Shown here: piece after piece, positions 48,596-55,572 of the stretch
Layout of the letters: every line of letters starts with the position of its first letter
How positions within the stretch are numbered: position 1 is the first letter of the stretch
Assembly (NCBI RefSeq): GCF_001194135.2
Contig: NC_068981.1
Location: 64,011,678-64,067,249, forward strand
Direction of reading: 5' to 3'
DNA length: 55,572 nucleotides
Source of the DNA: Octopus bimaculoides
Lineage: Eukaryota
The notes under the pieces: generated by a model
Seen by the model: the letters and a program-made list of their open reading frames with translations, nothing else
What the model was told of the DNA's origin: nothing
The model's database searches: none
Program-made: the position numbers and the translations under genes

Positions 48596-48861
48596 TGTCT
48601 TTCTTTCCTTCTCGGAGCGTCTGCTAATATTTTACATGTACCACGTCCTCACATTGTTGTTTTTTCTTTGTGTCTGTTCTACTTTTGGGAGATTTACTAT
48701 ATACTGCACGCTCACACGGACCCAGGCCTTCTGACTGACTTTGGAGTACCTAATTCACGGAATTCTTTCTACCATCGGATTACATTACTTTGTTCATTCA
48801 GAATACGCTGTTTCTGCAGCTTGATTGTGAATCATATATATACATATACATATACATATAC

Positions 48862-48897
<36 letters not shown>

Positions 48898-48946
48898 TAT
48901 ATAAATATACATATATATATATATATATAAATAAATAAATAAATAA

Positions 48947-48985
<39 letters not shown>

Positions 48986-48988
<3 letters not shown>

Positions 48989-49140
48989 GATGGGGTTTCT
49001 TCATTTCCATCTAACAGATCCGATCACAACACTTTGGTCGGCCCACAGTAATAGCAGAAGACAGATGTCCCCAGATGCCTCAATGTGGGGACTGTACCTG
49101 GAGCTTTGTGCTTGAGCAGCATACTTCTTACCCTACAGCC
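48986..49140 (-). mobile_element. SINE family A/B, decayed 5' half
   Basis: ACTTTGGTCGGCCC..AGAAGACA..GTGGGACTG..CTTCTTACC. Confidence 0.75.
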
Positions 49141-50333
49141 ATACACATACACGCATATGTGCGCCTGATTTTATATATAAACATTTTAAATTTATATATA
49201 AAGCATTTTTCCTGAATAAAAACATTTGTCTATTAGTTTGTCTCTATATCTTCAAGCAAACTGACATACAGCACTCGTTAACCAATTCACACGATTACAA
49301 ATCATGCATAGATATATACACTCATTCAAACATACAACTATATATGTATACATAGATGCATGCATAATGCACACAAGCGTACATCCATCCATCCATCCAT
49401 CCATCCATCCATCCATCCATCTATACATACATACATACATATATATATATATATNNNNNNNNNNNNNNNNNNNNNNNNNNNNNNNNNNNNNNNNNNNNNN
49501 NNNNNNNNNNNNNNNNNNNNNNNNNNNNNNNNNNNNNNNNNNNNNNNNNNNNNNNNNNNNNNNNNNNNNNNNNNNNNNNNNNNNNNNNNNNNNNNNNNNN
49601 NNNNNNNNNNNNNNNNNNNNNNNNNNNNNNNNNNNNNNNNNNNNNNNNNNNNNNNNNNNNNNNNNNNNNNNNNNNNNNNNNNNNNNNNNNNNNNNNNNNN
49701 NNNNNNNNNNNNNNNNNNNNNNNNNNNNNNNNNNNNNNNNNNNNNNNNNNNNNNNNNNNNNNNNNNNNNNNNNNNNNNNNNNNNNNNNNNNNNNNNNNNN
49801 NNNNNNNNNNNNNNNNNNNNNNNNNNNNNNNNNNNNNNNNNNNNNNNNNNNNNNNNNNNNNNNNNNNNNNNNNNNNNNNNNNNNNNNNNNNNNNNNNNNN
49901 NNNNNNNNNNNNNNNNNNNNNNNNNNNNNNNNNNNNNNNNNNNNNNNNNNNNNNNNNNNNNNNNNNNNNNNNNNNNNNNNNNNNNNNNNNNNNNNNNNNN
50001 NNNNNNNNNNNNNNNNNNNNNNNNNNNNNNNNNNNNNNNNNNNNNNNNNNNNNNNNNNNNNNNNNNNNNNNNNNNNNNNNNNNNNNNNNNNNNNNNNNNN
50101 NNNNNNNNNNNNNNNNNNNNNNNNNNNNNNNNNNNNNNNNNNNNNNNNNNNNNNNNNNNNNNNNNNNNNNNNNNNNNNNNNNNNNNNNNNNNNNNNNNNN
50201 NNNNNNNNNNNNNNNNNNNNNNNNNNNNNNNNNNNNNNNNNNNNNNNNNNNNNNNNNNNNNNNNNNNNNNNNNNNNNNNNNNNNNNNNNNNNNNNNNNNN
50301 NNNNNNNNNNNNNNNNNNNNNNNNNNNNNNNNN

Positions 50334-50365
<32 letters not shown>

Positions 50366-51219
50366 TTAAACATTTCGAATATATCCTGGATTTATTATTA
50401 TCTATTTTTTACGAGCAAGATTTCCTTGGAGGGGGTATAATTCAAAAATTGTGAAGTCATGTCTCTAATCCTACGAAATCCAACTTGAATTTGCTAAGAT
50501 GCTCACTCAGCCACTAAAAAAAACAACTACACACACATCCCTCCTGCATGTATACATACACACATACACACGCATATCCGTACACACACACTCACACACA
50601 CACGTGTATTAATATTAACTCCCAAGAAAGATCACCCATGCACATAGATTTTGTCAATATTTAAAATGCTGAAGAAAGATGTGGACAAATTCACTCTGTA
50701 GAATATTCTACACAAACAAACATTATGCGTACACACAAGTTCCCAGTCAGAAAGGAAAAGCAATAAACAAACTTGGGGGTATATGTACATACATATATGT
50801 GTGTGTGTGTGTGGAGGGGTGTCTCTGTGTGTGTGCATGTGTGTGTGTAGGTATATATATACATATATATATTTATATATGTATATATATATGTATATAT
50901 ATATATATATAGGTATCTATGTATGCATATATGTATGTACGTATGTATGTATTCAAGGACGTTATTAATCTTCGTACATGCAAATATGTTCATATCATAT
51001 GTAATTTTAAGCAGTCATATTAATAAACCCCTACTGTCATTAATTCAAGCGTACTTTGTACAGATCATGTACAATGGGTATTTGTTATGTAAAGACAGAA
51101 ACAATAGTGTACTTACGTTTCCGTATATAAATGCACATGTGTGTGCATATGTTTATGCATATATACATGTATACTTGTTTATACATTTATATAAATATAT
51201 ATATATGCATATATATACG

Positions 51220-51266
<47 letters not shown>

Positions 51267-52001
51267 ATGTATGAAGATAAGTGTTTGTGTATGTGTTTGT
51301 CTGTATAAACGTATGCATATACAGGCACACACACGCACGCACACAGTATATATATGTGTGTGTGTGTGTGCGTGTGTGTGTGTGTGTGTACATATGTATA
51401 TGTCCACGCACACACACACACACATACACTCGCACCCCTCCCCCACCACATATATATAATTCTCAACTATTGTCCAGAAGACAGGCAAACGAGCTCACTG
51501 AAAATTCACACACAAGAAGTGGACATGTTCTTCCACCATCAGTTATCATCCAAAATTCCTGACAGTTTCGCGCCTTTAATGATTAGATTGTTCATTCTGG
51601 TGGCGTCAACAGCAGAAAGCTGCTGAGAATAAGTGATCAGATGAAAAGGACGGTAATGAAAAGAAACAAATGACACAGGTGGTTGGTTCATAGATAAACA
51701 TACACATACCAACAGAGGGCTTACTTCTATGAGACAGTAGTAAAACAAGACACGTATAGGAATAACACTAATAGAAAATGATGACCTACAGGACTTGTAA
51801 AGGAGAGCAGAGAGATGGAAAGCAATGTGAACTGATGGAGGAAATAGAAAGGGGGATAGAACTGAAAATTCACACAGACAAGACGTGGACATGCTCTTTT
51901 CTCGTCAGTTATCGTCCAAAATTCAAAGAAATATAGATAGATAGAGAGAAAAGAGAGAGAGAGGGAGAGAAAGGGGGANNNNNNNNNNGAAATTGGATAT
52001 A

Positions 52002-52222
52002 TGAGTGTGTGCTGGAAAGTTCCTGGCTTCGGATAAAGAAAAACACAGGACGATCAGTTAATTACGATTTTATACAACGTATTCCCCTCTCGGATTCACA
52101 CACTTATTGCAGCGGTCCTTCAGTTTTTCTAAGCCCTGTAAAAGGACTGGTAAGTGTGGGCATCCAACCAGTCCTTTCGCGACACACTTAAAGCCAGGTA
52201 CTTTTCAGCATCCACCACCTCT
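52002..52222. mobile_element. mariner-type MITE (about 220 bp) flanked by TA
   Basis: Imperfect TIRs GTGCTGGAAAGTTCCTGGCTT / AAGCCAGGTACTTTTCAGCAT; internal 11-bp hairpin AAAGGACTGGT / ACCAGTCCTTT. Confidence 0.75.
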
Positions 52223-53090
52223 TAGATATGAGTACTTGTATACACACATATTGTCAACGTACATTTCCTACTGTCATTCAGAATATCTCAAACATCTAAT
52301 GACCTTTCAACGCAGCTGCTCACCATCACGGGTTTCTATACATTTATGAGTCTACACTGTTTCTATATATGTATCGAACCTAAGCTGGAATCATAATAGT
52401 CACTGATAGGTTTTGCATTTGCCTTGGTATGTTTCGAGAAACTAACCTCATGAGGAGGTGTGGATTTAATCGTCGACAACCCGACAATATGACAGGTTAC
52501 ACTGCATTACACGTCACCAGTAGTACTCACGGGTAACTTGACATATGTAACACATACACACACACATACACACACACTCATACACATGCACAATTGCACA
52601 CATACACGAATACACACATGCACACATATCGATGCAGAGAGAGAGCGAGAGAGAGGGGGAAGAAAGAGAAAGAGAGAGCATGGGAAAAAGAAAGAGAGAG
52701 AGAGTGTGAGAAAGCGAGGAGTTATACAGAGACTAGAACCGTACTCAAAATCTCATATGTTCAGTTGAAATGGAGAGTAAAAAGATATTTTTCATTCCGC
52801 CCATATGACATGCAGAAATATGCGATAGGCGATTAATTCATTTTATTCTTCCTAATTACACATATACATTACATGTTTGTGTGTGTGCGCATATATAAAA
52901 TATAACGTATATATAACATATATGTATACTATATATGAATATATATAAAATGTGTAAAACTTTGGCTGGGCTTAAAAGTTATATAAGGGCATTACATGGC
53001 ATCAATAATGAATCATTTCAATAAGACTTTTTTGGCAATATCTTTTCTCGTGTAACGAGGGTGCATCTATGATGATATATATTTACTCAA

Positions 53091-53145
<55 letters not shown>

Positions 53146-53374
53146 AACGCAGGAATATCTACTTGACCTAGCAGGTAGCTAATACGCTGTGGTTAAATCG
53201 ATGAATGCAATCAACGTTACTTTTGTCTATTCGGTAAAAATATAAAAAAATTACAAGCTAAGTGTGGTTGATCAGTTGACATTCTAGATCTTAATTTTTG
53301 TTTTGGGTGTCTGAGCGGTTATTCGCTGTGTTCAGATTTGAAATTGCATTTAAGTTAGTGGCGCTTGTACAAGC

Positions 53375-53530
53375 TCATTCCATTCTGAGTCCCAATTTGG
53401 CCGAGGTCGAATTTAGGTTTCATCCTTTCGAGGTCGATAAAATAAAATGCTAGACATTCACTAGATTTGGTGGTAACGACTCAAACTAACTCTCTCCAGC
53501 ATTGGTGAATTGTACTTGAACCATAAACCA
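53375..53530 (+). mobile_element. SINE family E, decayed
   Basis: TTCTGAGTCCCAATTTGGCCGAGGTCGAATTT..TTTCATCCTTTCGAGGTCGATAAAATAAA. Confidence 0.7.
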
Positions 53531-53894
53531 TTATTTCTTGTTATTTTTCTAAATACAACATTATACGTGAAGGCGCGTGGCTTAGGAGTTCGAGTGTTAG
53601 TGGGATTGGCGAAAGAAAGCGGAGGACAAAATATGCACCTAAGACAACTAGTGAAGCACATGCTTCAGCAGGTTTGCGAGTGACGTCTTTGTTAAACTAA
53701 ATTAACTATTTTGTTTCAGGTAGACAATTACTTATTCTATTAAATATCTCCATTTGTCTGCATTCATGTACATCATACTTGATGTTTCTTTCATCCCTGT
53801 TTCTTGCAAGTACGCGGAAGTCAATCCATCGTTTATGAAATCAAAACAAGATCGAACGACTAACATAATTTTCTTTTCCAATTGTCTATCCTAC

Positions 53895-54743
53895 TTTCGG
53901 ACTTGTTATGTAGTGTGCCAGCAAATAGCAGCACACGGTTACGTGCGCAGCGCGAGCTAGCAGTGACCTTCATGAAGCAGTGTGTCGAGTGACATCGCTG
54001 TGTTTACTTCTCAACTTGTGAAATTTGTGCTTTTGTGATCACATTTATGCTGTAGTCTGCGATTTTGTCATTGACAGACGCAAAGAGCTAACGTGAAATT
54101 TTGGGTTAAACTCAGGAAGTCTGTTACAGAGACATTGAACATGCTTCGGTAAGTTTACGGCGACAAGGCAATGGGTCGTACGCAATGTTTCGAGTGCCAC
54201 GGGTCGCTTCAAAGGCGGAAGAACGTTTCTAGAAGACGATGAGCGATATGAAAGACCTCACACGTACGTCACCCCCGGGAATGTAGTATTGTGCATCGAG
54301 AATTCATCTCTCAGGATCAGACCGTCAATAGGTAGTTCAACTGTGACGTTTCGAAGCGTTTGAGGGAAAATATTCTATGAAAGCGACCGGATGCACCTTG
54401 TCACAGAGCTTTCCTAACTCGTGAGTTTCCCGTCAAAAACATGGTATCGCTTCTGCACCCACCCTATTCGTCATATTTATCACCTGCGGACTTCTATCTC
54501 TACCCTAAGAGGAAAATACAGCTCAAAGGTTGCAGTATTGATACCGTTGTCGAGATTCAGAGCGAATCGCAGAAGGTCCTCGACTCGTTTACGGAAAACA
54601 ACTTTCAGGCTGGATTTCAAAGGTGGCAGGAATGTTGTAACCGGTGTATTGCTGTGCAAGGTGACTATTTCGAAGGAGATTATGATAAGACTTTCGTAAA
54701 TGTTTTTTTCTTTTACTAAACATAACTTTTTGATACCATCTCG
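53895..54743 (+). mobile_element. Internally deleted mariner transposon with transposase pseudogene (about 54071-54690)
   Basis: QRANVKFWVKLRKSVTETLNMLR*VYGDKAMGRTQCFE../..PCHRAFLTREFPVKNMVSLLHPPYSSYLSPADFYLYPKRKIQLKG...QRWQECCNRCIAVQGDYFEGD (mariner YSPDLAPxDF motif); 3' TIR AACTTTTTGATACCATCTCG followed by TA. Confidence 0.9.
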
Positions 54744-55524
54744 TAATCAAAACAATTATAATCATTGAACAATGTACGTCTTTTTTTTTTATTTCCCGAT
54801 ATATATTTAGAAATATCTAGTTAGAAGTTTTAATGTTCATTGAATTAGATTTTTAAAAGAATCATTTCGATTATATAATTAATGCTCTTCATTTCAATAT
54901 CCTGTGTGAAACACACACAAACGCACACACATAAAGAGCGCAATAAATGAAACTCTCGGGCCTCGATTCTTGAAAGGCGAAGTATGTGTTTTTGTGGTGT
55001 GTGTTTGAGTGTACGCATTTAATATGTACGAGTGAATGTATTTGAAAGTATAGAAGTAAGTATGTATGAATGTGTCTGTATGTGTTCTTACAATATTCGT
55101 AACTACTTGAGGAATAAGTAATTGAAGAATACGTAGTTTTATGGGAAAGACATTAGATAAACGAAAACGAACCGAGAGATAGTAGATTAGTAAAATGTCG
55201 GCGCCAAAACGTGGCATTAACAAAGATACAAAACGCTTTCTCTCTTCTGTTTCAATTTCTCTTTCTCACCATCTTTCTTGAAGTCATTGAAATTAGCTTA
55301 CATTCGCTGAAGTCTTTCCGAAACACGAGACACTAATTGCCGCCATATCGTGTCTTCATTCTACCAAATTGTAGAGCATGCGTGTCATGTAACATATAAA
55401 GTAACAAATTATAGAATATTAACCAATATATGCCAAAAATAACAGATAAATCTTTTTCCACTCACATCCTAAATGTGGAAGTTCTAAGTAAGGTGTGTGC
55501 GCGTGTGCATACACACAAACACAC

Positions 55525-55572
<48 letters not shown>

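Larger units (their letters stand above)
48368..48700. mobile_element. 333-bp palindromic (fold-back) pLTR-like element
   Basis: Perfect terminal IR ATAGTAAATC / GATTTACTAT; the inner about 100 bp of the arms (48423-48524 vs 48533-48642) are about 90% identical by eye. Confidence 0.92.

Overview
This is eukaryotic, AT-rich, microsatellite-saturated genomic DNA with 15 N-gaps totalling about 6.5 kb, most flanked by simple repeats, as expected of a short-read scaffold. The repeat repertoire most resembles a coleoid cephalopod (Octopus) genome; this is inference, not a database result. I find no intact cellular protein-coding gene. Almost every ORF in the supplied track is translated microsatellite or runs through N. 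The window is intronic/intergenic and contains: (i) about 20 tRNA-derived SINE copies of 3-4 families, some with clean 12-17 bp TSDs, including a nested insertion and a concatemeric copy; (ii) decayed coding remnants of a Penelope-like element (RT thumb plus start of GIY-YIG), an R4-type RLE LINE, two mariner transposases and a DD37D (maT) transposase with both TIRs, plus hAT and mariner MITEs; (iii) four fold-back inverted repeats. The best candidate for an under-described system is a set of non-coding, Penelope-pLTR-like modules carrying minimal type I hammerhead-ribozyme-like motifs, several of them lodged in or beside (TA)n tracts. The clearest is a 333-bp palindrome (48368-48700) with one hammerhead-like motif on each strand. 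Also notable: a consensus-quality CTCF motif near a candidate 32-nt micro-exon, an unidentified coding-like island (17341-17792), and a 10/10 strand bias of one SINE family. All structure calls were made by eye, and no searches were run.
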